From: Flagellimonas algarum
Lineage (GTDB): Bacteria; Bacteroidota; Bacteroidia; Flavobacteriales; Flavobacteriaceae
Assembly: GCF_040513375.1 (NCBI RefSeq)
Contig: NZ_JBEVTG010000001.1
Span: 952,244-1,016,243, forward strand
Length of the DNA stretch: 64,000 nucleotides
Direction of reading: 5' to 3'
The notes below the pieces were generated by a model. The model did no database searches. It was not told the DNA's origin and saw only the letters and a program-made list of their open reading frames with translations. This document shows, piece after piece, positions 1-10,958 of this stretch. Every line of letters starts with the position of its first letter. Position 1 is the stretch's first letter. Position numbers and translations under genes: made by a program.

Positions 1-990
1 CCCTTGAACGACCGAATATTGATCGTAAGGATAACGGCCGATGTTCTTATTGAAAAACTCCATGGCCGCAACGGTTTTGGGCTGTAGGTTTTTCCAATTT
101 TCGAGCAAGGTGTCTTTGTTCTTATAGAAAAAATGTAAGGTAGGCCCATCTTCCATTTGAACCGAATCGTGGATATACTCAGGATCGGCACCCCACATAA
201 AATCATGTACCATAGGCGCTTTGAAATGCCAGGTCAAGGTTTTTCCTTTTCGTTTGACCTTGGTGCCCGGGCTTTCATAGCCGTGTCCGATTTCATTCGG
301 GTTTTGCAAATAGCCCGTACCCCCGACGATATAGTCTTTGTCTAAAGTGAGTTTGACATCGAAGTTGCCCCACACCCCATGAAACTCCCTGGCGATGTAA
401 GGATTCGGATGCCAACCTTCGAAGTCGTATTCGGCCATTTTAGGATACCATTGGCTCATTGAGAGCGCAACGCCTTCTTTACTGTTTCGCCCCGAACGAC
501 GGATTTGTAACGGCACCTGTCCGGTGAAGTCCATTTCGAAGGTGGTCTTTTTGCCGGGCAGGATGGGTTGGGCAAGGTCTACCACCAAAATGGTACCTTC
601 TTCACTGAATTGAACGGGCGCCCCGTCTTGGGTAAGGCTGGTGGCGTGCAAATGCCCCATTTCATCGGGCGCCAAGGAGGCGATACGACTTTGACCGTCT
701 TGCATCATCCTTCGATCACCGTCCTTGATATTTTGCAGGCGTACATCCATTTGGCTGCCTGGCTGAAACGCATTGAAATAAAGGTGGTAATAGACCCGGT
801 TTAGGGTGTCGGGCGAATGGTTGGTATAAACCAATTGCTGGGTTCCCGAATAGGTGTAGTCGGTGACATCCATGGTGACATCCATGGTGTAATCCACGTG
901 TTGTTGCCAGTATCCATTATTGTTTTGGGCGATTAAAGAGCCCAGTCCGAACAAGAGTCCGAATACCAACCTTTTGACAATTCTGATCAT
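1..990 (-). CDS. M1-family metallopeptidase, N-terminal ~330 aa only. The gene runs off the window start and is absent from the ORF track because it is truncated.
   Basis: I reverse-translated from the ATG at 990..988: MIRIVKRLVFGLLFGLGSLIAQNNNGYWQQHVDYTMDV... This is a signal peptide followed by a long open frame to coordinate 1. The end of the visible part reads ...IGRYPYDQYSVVQG, which is the segment that precedes GAMEN in M1 peptidases. No minus-strand stop-bounded ORFs are listed in 1..916, which fits one continuous frame. Confidence 0.55.
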   Translation of the reverse strand, partial: MIRIVKRLVFGLLFGLGSLIAQNNNGYWQQHVDYTMDVTMDVTDYTYSGTQQLVYTNHSPDTLNRVYYHLYFNAFQPGSQMDVRLQNIKDGDRRMMQDGQSRIASLAPDEMGHLHATSLTQDGAPVQFSEEGTILVVDLAQPILPGKKTTFEMDFTGQVPLQIRRSGRNSKEGVALSMSQWYPKMAEYDFEGWHPNPYIAREFHGVWGNFDVKLTLDKDYIVGGTGYLQNPNEIGHGYESPGTKVKRKGKTLTWHFKAPMVHDFMWGADPEYIHDSVQMEDGPTLHFFYKNKDTLLENWKNLQPKTVAAMEFFNKNIGRYPYDQYSVVQG

Positions 991-995
991 GATGG

Positions 996-2675
996 TTATT
1001 CTGCGTTAAAATCCAATGTTTTCTTTCCTTTGGCGATGCTTTCTGCCAACAACAGGGCGTTATAGGCGTTGGCCATCTTTCCTGATTTCGAGATTTCGGT
1101 GAACCGTCTCGCTTTAGAGGGATCACCGGCCAACATCACTGAAGCCTTTGAGGTCAAACCCGATTGCATGATGACTTTTTTGACCTGGACCGCCGAAAGC
1201 GAAGGGTAGTAGGAGCGGATCAATGCGGCAATTCCCGCAACGGCAGGGGCCGCCATCGAAGTACCCCCTTGAAACTCGTAACTATTATTCGGCATGGTCG
1301 AATAGATATCATCGCCAGGGGCATACACATCGACGTTTTCTTGGCCGTAATTCGAAAAAGTAGCCACCATTTTCGACCCGTAAGACGGGGCCAAGGCCCC
1401 AACGGTCAATACATTGTTCGAGAATTCGACTCCTTTGTACTTATGATCGTTCGGGAAATTCGGGTTGGCCGAATCGTCTAGGTCATTGCCGTCGTTTCCG
1501 GCCGCATGTACGATCAATACGTCATTGGCTGCGGCGTATTTGATGGCTTCATACACCCATTCGGCATTCGGGGAATACGATTTTCCGAAACTGCAATTGA
1601 TGATCTTGGCACCATTGTCGACGGCATAACGGATACCGAGGGCGATGTCTTTATCGTATTCGTCACCATTGGGCACCGCCCTGATACTCATCAATTCGAC
1701 GTTTTTGGCCACGCCGTTGATTCCTTTTCCATTGTTGCGCTCCGCGGCGATGATCCCAGCGACATGGGTGCCGTGGCTCTCTTCCTCGATACGGTTCTTT
1801 GGGTTTCCGTTGCCGTAGCCCCGACTGTTGAAGTTATAGGGCTCGTCACCGACGACACTGCGGCCGTCAAACGATTTGTTGAGGTTGTAATTGGCCCTTT
1901 CGGAATAATACAGAATACCGTCTTTGAGATCGTCGAGTACGGCATCGATGGTTTCGGCATATTGATACATTTGTGATAATACCGCCACGTGCTGTTGCAT
2001 CTGATCGGTCTTGGGCTCGATGCCCATCACGTCTTCTTTGGTGTAGCTCGATTTACCGAGCTCCTTTTTCACTGCTTCGTCGGCGCTTTTGACAACCTGA
2101 AGGATCTGTTCGTACTGCTGTTTGTTTTGAACGGCCTGCGGATACTCCTTATCCAGTTCGATCTGTGCCTTTGCCCTAGTGGCGGCATCGCCGATACCTA
2201 AACGTAGCATCCGGGCGTATTCCAATTGTTCGTTGTACGATTCCCCTAAGAAATTATACCCATGGATGTCGTCGATATAGCCATTGCCATCATCGTCCTT
2301 GCCATTGTTCGGGCGTTCGCCTTTGTTGGTCCAAAGCACATCATCAAGATCTTCATGTTCGAGATCCATCCCTGAATCCAAAACGGCCACGATTACGGTC
2401 TGCCCTTTTTTGGCGCCGATGATTTCGTTATAGGCCTTGTCGATACTCATCCCCGGAATGGTGTCCGAGACCAAATCGGCATGTCCCCAAGCTTTTTTCT
2501 CCGCGGAGGTCAGCTCGGCAATTTTTAGCGGCACCGTATCGATGTTGGCTACTGGGGTTGACACCAAGGTGGTGGCCCCACAGCCGACCAAAAACAAACT
2601 ACTGCAAATCAGGATACCTAAAGAATTCATTCGTACCATACTATCGGTATTTTTGAAAATTAACTTCGTTGTCAA
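996..2675 (-). CDS. Subtilisin-like S8 serine peptidase, lipoprotein-type signal
   Basis: Asp/His/Ser triad motifs VAVLDSGMD, HGTHVAGIIAA and GGTSMAAPAVAG. N-terminal lipobox-like LFLVGCGATT. Confidence 0.85.
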   Translation of the reverse strand: MTTKLIFKNTDSMVRMNSLGILICSSLFLVGCGATTLVSTPVANIDTVPLKIAELTSAEKKAWGHADLVSDTIPGMSIDKAYNEIIGAKKGQTVIVAVLDSGMDLEHEDLDDVLWTNKGERPNNGKDDDGNGYIDDIHGYNFLGESYNEQLEYARMLRLGIGDAATRAKAQIELDKEYPQAVQNKQQYEQILQVVKSADEAVKKELGKSSYTKEDVMGIEPKTDQMQQHVAVLSQMYQYAETIDAVLDDLKDGILYYSERANYNLNKSFDGRSVVGDEPYNFNSRGYGNGNPKNRIEEESHGTHVAGIIAAERNNGKGINGVAKNVELMSIRAVPNGDEYDKDIALGIRYAVDNGAKIINCSFGKSYSPNAEWVYEAIKYAAANDVLIVHAAGNDGNDLDDSANPNFPNDHKYKGVEFSNNVLTVGALAPSYGSKMVATFSNYGQENVDVYAPGDDIYSTMPNNSYEFQGGTSMAAPAVAGIAALIRSYYPSLSAVQVKKVIMQSGLTSKASVMLAGDPSKARRFTEISKSGKMANAYNALLLAESIAKGKKTLDFNAE

Positions 2676-3589
2676 TTGAATATTTCGTTAAATCGGAACA
2701 ATTCGTCCAAGCGCACCCCTTTTTCCGTTTTTTTCAGGCTGCAGAGCTCATTATGGGCATCGTGCTCAAAAAACAGTAAAAGGTCTTTTTCGACCGCATT
2801 TTCAAGAAATACGGCCTTTTCTTCCAAAGTTTTTAGCGGTCGGGTATCGTAACCCATGACATAGGGTAGTGGAATATGGCCCACGGTCGGCACCAAATCG
2901 GCCATAAAGACCAAGGTTTTGCCTTGATAGACGATGTGGGGCAACATTTGCTTTTCGGTATGTCCATCAACAAACAGGATGCCAAAACCCAGTTCGCTCG
3001 CTTCAATAAAGTCCGACCCCCCTCTCTCGATAAATCGCAGTTGTCCGCTTGCCTCCATCGGCTCGAGGTTTTCCTTTAAGAACGACGCCTTTTCGCGGGC
3101 GTTGGGCTGCATCGCCCATTTCCAATGCGCTTCGTTCGTCCAATAGGTGGCGTTGGCAAAGGCGGGCTCATACCCGGTTCTGTCTTTGTTCCATTGTACA
3201 CTGCCCCCACAATGGTCGAAATGCAAATGGGTCATGAAGACATCGGTAACGTCGTCGGCATGGAAACCGAGTTCACGTAATGATTTGTCCAAAGTAAAAG
3301 GACCCCAACGGTGGTAGTGGTTGAAAAACTTATCGGACTGCTTGTTGCCGAGCCCGGTATCGATCAAGATCAATCGACCCCCGTCTTCGATCAAAAGACT
3401 TCTGGCGGCGATGTCGATCATATTTTTGTCGTCGGCCGGATTGGTGCGAGACCAAAGCGATTTGGGCACCACGCCGAACATGGCCCCACCATCGAGCTTA
3501 AAATTTCCGGTTTCAACAGGGTATATGGTCATCAAAAGGAAAATGCGGCGCAAAATAAGAAAAGCACGCTGTAATCCCTTTAAACACAT
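2672..3589 (-). CDS. MBL-fold metallo-hydrolase
   Basis: Metal-binding motif THLHFDHCGG (HxHxDH). Overlaps the S8 peptidase start by 4 nt, suggesting an operon. Confidence 0.75.
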   Translation of the reverse strand: MCLKGLQRAFLILRRIFLLMTIYPVETGNFKLDGGAMFGVVPKSLWSRTNPADDKNMIDIAARSLLIEDGGRLILIDTGLGNKQSDKFFNHYHRWGPFTLDKSLRELGFHADDVTDVFMTHLHFDHCGGSVQWNKDRTGYEPAFANATYWTNEAHWKWAMQPNAREKASFLKENLEPMEASGQLRFIERGGSDFIEASELGFGILFVDGHTEKQMLPHIVYQGKTLVFMADLVPTVGHIPLPYVMGYDTRPLKTLEEKAVFLENAVEKDLLLFFEHDAHNELCSLKKTEKGVRLDELFRFNEIFN

Positions 3590-3699
3590 CGGATTATTAG
3601 CCGTATTTTAACAAAACAACTACAAAATCACTGATGCGACCGAAGCGAAAAACCGCATTTTTTTTGAAATAAAAACAGTATTTTTCCAAAAAAAGAGAG

Positions 3700-5535
3700 A
3701 TGCTCGAACTTGCTGGTATCATTATTCTCGGGATCATCGCCCAATGGATGGCTTGGCGCTTGAAATTGCCGGCGATCTTGCCGTTGATCCTTATCGGCCT
3801 GTTGGTTGGCCCGATCGCCACTTTGTATACCGAAGACGGTTCGAAACTCATCGAACCGATTTGGAACGGTACCAAGGGTCTTTTTCCCGGCGAAGGATTG
3901 TATTATTTCGTTTCCTTGGCGATCAGCATCATCCTGTTCGAAGGGGGGCTCACCTTAAAGCGGTCCGAAATCAAGAACGTCGGTCCGGTCATTACCAAAC
4001 TGATTACCCTGGGATCGACCGTCACCTTTTTCGGGGCCGGGGTTGCCGCACATTATATTTTCGGATTGAGCTGGCAGATTTCTTTTTTGTTCGCCGCCTT
4101 GATCATTGTGACCGGCCCAACGGTAATCACTCCTATTTTGCGGAACATCCCCTTGAAAAAGGATGTTTCGGCGGTTTTGAAATGGGAGGGTATCCTGATC
4201 GACCCCATCGGGGCCTTGGTCGCGGTTTTGGTCTTTGAGTTCATCAGTGTCGGAGAAGGAAGTGCTTTTACCAAAACGGCTTTGATCGAATTCGGAAAGA
4301 TCCTGCTTTTCGGCACCACCTTCGGATTCACTTTCGCCCATGCCTTGGCTTTTGCGATTCGAAAGAACCTGATCCCGCATTACCTGATGAACGTGGTATC
4401 ACTCTCCGTGGTCTTACTGGTTTTTGTGGAGTCCGACATTTTTGCCCATGAATCGGGCCTTTTGGCGGTTGTAGTCATGGGGATGGTCTTAGGGAATATG
4501 AATCTTCCGAACCTGAAGGAATTGTTGTATTTCAAGGAATCCTTGAGTGTACTGCTCATCTCGATCTTATTTATCTTATTGGCCGCCAATATCAACATCA
4601 GTGACCTCGAGTTGTTATACAACTGGAAAACGGCATTGCTCTTTGCCTCGGTGGTCTTCATCATCAGGCCGCTGGGGGTCTTCTTAAGTACCCAGGGGTC
4701 CGGTCTCAAACTCAATGAAAAGATGTTCATCGGTTGGGTAGGCCCAAGGGGTATCGTGGCTGCGGGGATCGCTTCGCTTTTTGGATCTAAATTGTTGGTC
4801 AAAGGGGAGCCTGGCGCGGAGTACATCACCCCCCTGGTCTTTATGATCGTTTTAGGTACGGTACTCTTAAATGCGACCACCGCCCGGGTTTTCGCCCGGA
4901 TCGTCGGGGTCTTCCTTTCGAAATCGGAGGGAATCCTTATCATCGGCGCCTCGAAAGTTTCGCGATTGATCGCCAGTTATTTAAAAAAGAACAACCGTCA
5001 TGTAGTACTGATCGATAACAACCAGGCCAATATCGACATGGCGTCGAAGTTGGGCATCGAGGCCATGACCGCGAACATCTATTCCGATACGCTGACCGAT
5101 AATATCGAACTCAATGACATGGGTTATTTGATGGCTTTGACGGGCAACTCGGACCTCAATAAGTTCGCGATCAACAAATTCCAGAAACAGTTCGGTGAAA
5201 ACGGCGCCTATCGCTTGGTGAACCCCGACGAAATGAACGACCCCGACAACAACCCGGAAGATGCGGTCTTTTCACATACCGATGACTTTATCAAATTGAT
5301 GGATGCAGTACGTAAGTACCCCTCGATCAACGAGATCGATATTAAAGACAAGGCGCATTTCGATCGCCTGATCGAGATGACCGAGAAAGACAATGACATC
5401 ATTCCGGTCTTCATCAAGGAGCCCAATGGCGATATCAAGATTTTACCGGCCGATAGCAAGGCGTATGTCTTGAACGGAGAAGGGTATCAATTGGCCTATT
5501 TGGGGAAGGTGTTCGATTTTGACGACGACAATTAG
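3700..5535 (+). CDS. Cation:proton (Na+/H+) antiporter, CPA1 family, with a C-terminal RCK/TrkA-like regulatory domain
   Basis: Twelve-TM-like hydrophobic N-terminal 400 aa with the LFEGGL motif region. Soluble C-terminal tail containing [26 protein letters not shown], a Rossmann-like RCK_N fold. Confidence 0.7.
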   Translation: MLELAGIIILGIIAQWMAWRLKLPAILPLILIGLLVGPIATLYTEDGSKLIEPIWNGTKGLFPGEGLYYFVSLAISIILFEGGLTLKRSEIKNVGPVITKLITLGSTVTFFGAGVAAHYIFGLSWQISFLFAALIIVTGPTVITPILRNIPLKKDVSAVLKWEGILIDPIGALVAVLVFEFISVGEGSAFTKTALIEFGKILLFGTTFGFTFAHALAFAIRKNLIPHYLMNVVSLSVVLLVFVESDIFAHESGLLAVVVMGMVLGNMNLPNLKELLYFKESLSVLLISILFILLAANINISDLELLYNWKTALLFASVVFIIRPLGVFLSTQGSGLKLNEKMFIGWVGPRGIVAAGIASLFGSKLLVKGEPGAEYITPLVFMIVLGTVLLNATTARVFARIVGVFLSKSEGILIIGASKVSRLIASYLKKNNRHVVLIDNNQANIDMASKLGIEAMTANIYSDTLTDNIELNDMGYLMALTGNSDLNKFAINKFQKQFGENGAYRLVNPDEMNDPDNNPEDAVFSHTDDFIKLMDAVRKYPSINEIDIKDKAHFDRLIEMTEKDNDIIPVFIKEPNGDIKILPADSKAYVLNGEGYQLAYLGKVFDFDDDN

Positions 5536-7334
5536 TCGTTCAGCTTCAACACCGCCATAAAGGCTTGTTGCGGGATTTCGACGTTACCGACCTGGCGCAT
5601 CCGTTTCTTTCCCTTTTTCTGCTTTTCCAAAAGCTTTCGTTTCCGTGAGATATCCCCACCATAACATTTGGCGGTCACATCTTTTCGTAAGGCTTTGATG
5701 GTTTCTCGGGATATGATCTTGGAACCGATAGCCGCCTGAATCGGGATATCGAACTGTTGGCGCGGAATCAACTCTTTCAGTTTTTCACACATCTTTTTGC
5801 CAATGGTGTGGGCGTTGTCAAAGTGCACCAGTGCCGACAAGGCATCAACGGGCTGGGCGTTGAGAAGGATATCGACCCGCACCAATTTCGATACCCGCAT
5901 ACCGATCGGCGCATAGTCAAAAGAGGCATATCCTTTGGATACCGTTTTTAAACGGTCGTAGAAATCGAAGACGATCTCGGCCAAGGGCATGTCAAAGGTC
6001 AGCTCGACCCGTTCGGTGGTCAAATAGGTCTGATTGGTGATCTGGCCCCGTTTGTCAATACACAACGACATCACGTTGCCCACAAAATCGGACTTGGTGA
6101 TGATCGTCGCTTTAATATACGGCTCTTCCACCCGATCTACGGTCGATGGGTCGGGCAAATCGGAGGGGTTGTTGACGATCACGATTTCGTCCGTATGCTT
6201 GGTCGTAAACGCGTGGTAACTTACGTTGGGTACCGTGGTGATCACGGTCATGTCGAATTCACGTTCCAATCGCTCCTGAATGATCTCCATATGCAACATC
6301 CCCAAGAATCCACATCGAAACCCGAATCCGAGGGCGGCACTACTCTCCGGGGTGAAGACCAAAGAGGCATCGTTCAGTTGCAGTTTTTCCATGGAAGAAC
6401 GCAATTCCTCGAAATCTTCGGTATCTACCGGATAGATGCCCGCAAAAACCATCGGCTTCACATCCTCGAAGCCCGCAATGGCACTTTCCGATGGGTTTTC
6501 GGCCAGGGTAATGGTGTCGCCCACCTTGACTTCCCGCGCATCTTTGATACCGGTGATCAAGTAACCGACATCACCCGTTGAAATTTTCGGTTTGGGCAAT
6601 TGGTTCAGCTTGAGGGTTCCGATTTCATCGGCGAAATAACTTTTACCTGTGGCCATAAAGGTGATTTTCTGACCTTTTTTCAGGGCGCCGTTCAAAATCC
6701 TAAAATAGGTTTCCACACCGCGAAACGGGTTATAAACCGAGTCAAAGACCAATGCTTGAAGTGGGGCGTCGACCGCTCCTTCGGGTGCTGGGACCCGTTC
6801 GATTATCGCATTGAGAATGGCTTCGATTCCGATTCCTGTCTTGGCACTGGCCGGAATGACCTCTTCGGGATCACAGCCCAATAGGTCGACAATATCGTCA
6901 GTGACCTCTTCCGGGTTGGCACTGGGCAAATCGACCTTGTTCAGTACGGGAATGATCTCCAAGTCGTTCTCAAGGGCCAAATAGAGGTTTGAAATCGTCT
7001 GTGCTTGAATGCTCTGAGCGGCGTCTACGACCAACAGGGCCCCTTCACAGGCCGCGATGGAGCGTGAGACCTCATAGGAGAAATCAACGTGGCCGGGGGT
7101 GTCGATCAAATTCAACACATATTCCTGGCCCTCATGCACATATTCCATTTGAATGGCGTGGCTTTTTATGGTAATGCCCCGTTCGCGTTCGAGATCCATG
7201 CTGTCGAGCAGCTGATCTTGTTTCTCACGTTCCGAAACAGCGCCGGTAAAATCAAGCAATCGATCGGCAAGGGTACTTTTACCGTGATCGATATGGGCAA
7301 TAATGCAAAAGTTTCTGATGTTCTTCATCGACAT
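5532..7334 (-). CDS. lepA: Elongation factor 4 (LepA)
   Basis: N-terminus [25 protein letters not shown] with GTPase G1-G4 motifs, 600 aa, and the LepA-specific C-terminal domain. Confidence 0.95.
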   Translation of the reverse strand: MSMKNIRNFCIIAHIDHGKSTLADRLLDFTGAVSEREKQDQLLDSMDLERERGITIKSHAIQMEYVHEGQEYVLNLIDTPGHVDFSYEVSRSIAACEGALLVVDAAQSIQAQTISNLYLALENDLEIIPVLNKVDLPSANPEEVTDDIVDLLGCDPEEVIPASAKTGIGIEAILNAIIERVPAPEGAVDAPLQALVFDSVYNPFRGVETYFRILNGALKKGQKITFMATGKSYFADEIGTLKLNQLPKPKISTGDVGYLITGIKDAREVKVGDTITLAENPSESAIAGFEDVKPMVFAGIYPVDTEDFEELRSSMEKLQLNDASLVFTPESSAALGFGFRCGFLGMLHMEIIQERLEREFDMTVITTVPNVSYHAFTTKHTDEIVIVNNPSDLPDPSTVDRVEEPYIKATIITKSDFVGNVMSLCIDKRGQITNQTYLTTERVELTFDMPLAEIVFDFYDRLKTVSKGYASFDYAPIGMRVSKLVRVDILLNAQPVDALSALVHFDNAHTIGKKMCEKLKELIPRQQFDIPIQAAIGSKIISRETIKALRKDVTAKCYGGDISRKRKLLEKQKKGKKRMRQVGNVEIPQQAFMAVLKLND

Positions 7335-7444
7335 AGGCTCAGGGGTATGGCAATTATCCTAGGCAACTGCAAATATACCTCTTTTGCGACGCTGTCATTG
7401 GCTTTGTTGGAAGTTTAGCACGAAAGGCTCTAAATTATTTTCTT

Positions 7445-7452
7445 TAGCTTTG
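7445..7452 (+). promoter_or_regulatory. Bacteroidetes-type -7 promoter box TAGCTTTG upstream of the outer-membrane beta-barrel gene
   Basis: Matches the TAnnTTTG consensus of Bacteroidetes sigma-A promoters, 20 nt upstream of the ATG at 7472. Confidence 0.3.
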
Positions 7453-7471
7453 GGAGACAACCCAAACCTAA

Positions 7472-9886
7472 ATGAAGTACCTACCGACCGTATTGATTTC
7501 CCTCTGTTTGGGGCTGTTTCAGCTTCAAGCCCAGGATTTTTCCATTGCCGGAAAAGTGGTCGACAGCAATGACGAAATTATTCCTTTTGCGAACATCCTC
7601 CTTTTGAACGCGGCCGACAGTACGTTTGTCAAAGGCACCTCGGCAAACGACCATGGGCTTTTCGTTCTCGAAGCCATCCCGCCCAACCTTTACCTATTAC
7701 AAGCCAGCTATATCGGCCGGGGCTCCAAACCCTTGGCCTTGGATGTTAAGGCGGATATCAGATTGGGGGCCTTGGTGATTCCGAAGGCGACCGAAGACCT
7801 CGACGAGGTCGTGGTCACTGCCAGACGACCGACGGTGAAGCGCCTGACAGACCGTTTGGTTTTCGAAGTAGAGAATACCGTGGTGTCGCAGGGGACCTCT
7901 TGGGACATATTAAGGAATACACCCGGTGTTATCCTGAATCGAGATGCCTTGCAGATTAGGGGAAATACGGCGAATGTGTATTTGAACGGAAGAAGGGTAC
8001 AACTTTCTGAACAAGAAGTCAAGGATCTTTTGGAAGGCTTGACCGGAAGCGCCGTCAAAAGCGTTGAGGTTTATACCAATCCGCCGGCAAGTTTTGATGC
8101 TGAAGAAGGGGCCGTAATCAACATTTTGACCAATAAGAACGTGGCGACGGGTTATAAAGGCAGTTTGGAAGCCCGTCTCACACAAGGGGTGTTTCCGAAA
8201 TACGGTTTCGGAACAAGTCATTTTCTTAAAACGGACAAGCTCAATTTGTTCGCCAATTACAACTACAATTCCAGAAAGAACAATATTGATGTAGATAAAG
8301 GCATCAACTTTATCAACGACTCAGGTGTTTTTTCAAGATGGTCGACCGATGAAAACCAAATCAAGGAATATGACACGCATAGCTTGAATTTGAATTTGGA
8401 TATCGATGCCGATGAACGGAATGAGCTGAATTTTTCAACCAACATCCTACTGGCCCCGGATCAAATTTGGCAACGAGACCTGTTCGCTGAAATTCGGGAT
8501 CCTATGCTCCGGCTGGATTCAACATTTACCACCTCGAATTCTGGGGCAGAAGACAAACGGAATCTAGCGTTCGATCTTTCTTGGGACCATAAATTCAAAA
8601 AACCGGGAGCGAAGTTGAAATTCAATGGGCACTACACCAATTATTTCAATACCTATTCGCAAAATATCGATTCCCGTTATTTTGATCAAAACGGGGATTT
8701 TCTTCGAAATTTCGCTTTTCAAACCGAAGGGGAACAACAGATCGACATCATTACCGCACAGCTGGACTTTCAAACCCCTATAGGCAGTAGTTCTTTTGAG
8801 GCAGGCACCAAAATATCCGTAATCAATTCGGATAGTAATGTGGATTTTTCCAACTTTTCCGACACCAATGAAGTGGCCAACCCTTCTTTGTCCGATGCTT
8901 TTGTCTATGAAGAAAACGTGTATGCCGCTTACATGAGTTATGTCAAAAGTTGGGAGAAATGGTCGGTAAAGTTGGGCCTACGCGGCGAACTCACCGACGC
9001 CCAAGGTACTTCGTTAACTATGAATGAGGTCAATACCCAGGATTTTTTTGAACCTTTCCCTTCTGTTTATGTGTTGTATAACCTAAATGACGCCCACAGT
9101 TTTTCATTCGACTATGGTAGGAATGTACAACGCCCGAGATACAATGACTTAAATCCTTTTCGACTCTTCTTTAATGAGAATGATTTTTTGGAAGGAAACC
9201 CCAGGTTACAACCTAATTTTTCAAACAATTTCAACTTCAATTATACCTTAAACGGGGAGTTTTTCTTTGACATTTACTATAGGGATAACGGCAACTATAT
9301 TAGCGAATTGGTGTTTCAAGACAATACGGCATTGACGCTGAGGGAACTGAAACAGAATGTGTTGGAAAGCACTTCTTATGGCTTGGATTTTACCTTGAGC
9401 AAGAGCATTGCCGACCCTTGGTTTTTGTATTCCTATGTTTCTGTTTTCCACGAAGACGAGACCTTTTTGGCGGTCGAGAGCGAAGCGGAACAGTTTGAAA
9501 ACGCCATCGATGGATTTTACATCTATGTAGCGAACTACCTCACACTGTCAAAGGACGGGAGCTTTACGGGCGAGTTGACATTTAGCCATTTCTCGAAATA
9601 CCTATTCGGTTCTTACGTTCAAGCCCCGATAACCAATTTGACCTTAGGGCTTCGAAAAAGTCTATGGAACGACCGGGCCATTTTGTCGCTAAGTGCCGAG
9701 GATTTGTTGGGTGAAGCCAATGGAAGGTATACGTCTCGTTATCTCAACCAAGACAACAACTTCCTCTCGGTACCCGAGACCCAATTCATCCGTGTCGGGT
9801 TCACCTATAATTTCGGGAATTTCCGACTCGAGGACAACCAACGCGAAATCGATAAAAAGGAACGCGAACGGATCAATGGGGAATAA
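7472..9886 (+). CDS. Outer-membrane beta-barrel protein (TonB-dependent-receptor-like) with an N-terminal carboxypeptidase-regulatory-like domain
   Basis: Signal peptide MKYLPTVLISLCLGLFQLQAQ. CarbopepD_reg-like segment FSIAGKVVDSNDEIIPFANILL. Plug-like region and a long beta-rich C-terminus ending in an aromatic residue-rich barrel. Confidence 0.7.
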   Translation: MKYLPTVLISLCLGLFQLQAQDFSIAGKVVDSNDEIIPFANILLLNAADSTFVKGTSANDHGLFVLEAIPPNLYLLQASYIGRGSKPLALDVKADIRLGALVIPKATEDLDEVVVTARRPTVKRLTDRLVFEVENTVVSQGTSWDILRNTPGVILNRDALQIRGNTANVYLNGRRVQLSEQEVKDLLEGLTGSAVKSVEVYTNPPASFDAEEGAVINILTNKNVATGYKGSLEARLTQGVFPKYGFGTSHFLKTDKLNLFANYNYNSRKNNIDVDKGINFINDSGVFSRWSTDENQIKEYDTHSLNLNLDIDADERNELNFSTNILLAPDQIWQRDLFAEIRDPMLRLDSTFTTSNSGAEDKRNLAFDLSWDHKFKKPGAKLKFNGHYTNYFNTYSQNIDSRYFDQNGDFLRNFAFQTEGEQQIDIITAQLDFQTPIGSSSFEAGTKISVINSDSNVDFSNFSDTNEVANPSLSDAFVYEENVYAAYMSYVKSWEKWSVKLGLRGELTDAQGTSLTMNEVNTQDFFEPFPSVYVLYNLNDAHSFSFDYGRNVQRPRYNDLNPFRLFFNENDFLEGNPRLQPNFSNNFNFNYTLNGEFFFDIYYRDNGNYISELVFQDNTALTLRELKQNVLESTSYGLDFTLSKSIADPWFLYSYVSVFHEDETFLAVESEAEQFENAIDGFYIYVANYLTLSKDGSFTGELTFSHFSKYLFGSYVQAPITNLTLGLRKSLWNDRAILSLSAEDLLGEANGRYTSRYLNQDNNFLSVPETQFIRVGFTYNFGNFRLEDNQREIDKKERERINGE

Positions 9887-9965
9887 GCGATGGTCATAAT
9901 GACAACACCCTCATTTTGAGAAACTTCACTTTTTGCCGTATTTTTGCCTCCCATAAAAAAAGAAC

Positions 9966-10958
9966 GTGCCACAGATAGGTAACATAGCACTTCCCGAATT
10001 CCCCTTGCTTTTGGCCCCCATGGAGGACGTCAGCGACCCTCCATTTCGAGCCCTCTGTAAAGAGAACGGCGCCGATGTGGTGTATACCGAATTCATTTCC
10101 TCGGAAGGGTTGATCCGAGATGCCGCCAAGAGCGTCATTAAATTGGACATTTATGAAAAGGAACGGCCCGTAGGTATCCAGATTTTCGGTGCCGAGATGG
10201 ATTCGATGCTCCAGGCCATCGATATCGTTGAAAAATCCAATCCGGACATCATCGATATCAATTTCGGTTGCCCGGTCAAAAAAGTGGTCAGTAAAAATGC
10301 TGGGGCAGGGATCTTACGCGACATTCCGTTGATGGTCAAATTGACCGAGGCTATGGTGAAACGCACCAAGCTTCCCGTAACGGTGAAGACCCGATTGGGC
10401 TGGGACAGTGATTCCATTAAGATCGTGGAGGTGGCCGAACGTTTGCAGGATGTCGGTATTGAAGCGATATCGATCCATGGCCGTACCCGGGTACAGATGT
10501 ACAAGGGCCATGCCGATTGGAAGCCGATTGCCGCGGTCAAGAACAACCCGCGCATGCATATCCCTGTTTTTGGGAATGGGGATGTCGACAGTCCGGAAGC
10601 CGCAGTGCGAATGCGTGATGATTTCGGCCTTGACGGGGCTATGATCGGTCGGGCGAGTATCGGAAACCCTTGGTTCTTCAACCAGGTCAAACACTACTTC
10701 AAAACAGGGCAACACCTGCCATCCCCCAGTATGGAAGAACGGGTCACGGCCGCACGAAGGCATTTGCAAATGGCCATTGATTGGAAAGGGGAGAAGCTGG
10801 GTGTTTTCGAAACCAGAAGGCATTATACCAACTACTTCAAAGGGATACCGCATTTTAAGGAATACCGCATGAAAATGGTCACTAGTGATGAATCGGCCGA
10901 TGTTTTCGCGGCCTTTGATGAGGTGCTCGAAAAATTCGGCGACTTCCAATTCGCCTAA
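9966..10958 (+). CDS. dusB: tRNA-dihydrouridine synthase
   Basis: LLAPMEDVSDPPFR, FGCPVKKV and HGRTR motifs of the Dus family. 330 aa. Confidence 0.85.
   Translation: MPQIGNIALPEFPLLLAPMEDVSDPPFRALCKENGADVVYTEFISSEGLIRDAAKSVIKLDIYEKERPVGIQIFGAEMDSMLQAIDIVEKSNPDIIDINFGCPVKKVVSKNAGAGILRDIPLMVKLTEAMVKRTKLPVTVKTRLGWDSDSIKIVEVAERLQDVGIEAISIHGRTRVQMYKGHADWKPIAAVKNNPRMHIPVFGNGDVDSPEAAVRMRDDFGLDGAMIGRASIGNPWFFNQVKHYFKTGQHLPSPSMEERVTAARRHLQMAIDWKGEKLGVFETRRHYTNYFKGIPHFKEYRMKMVTSDESADVFAAFDEVLEKFGDFQFA

Noticed and set aside
157-804. Plus-strand ORFs 157..345 and 568..804 at the window start
   Set aside because: They lie antisense within the edge-truncated M1 peptidase gene, which has a signal peptide and M1-like motifs. 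They have no motif support.
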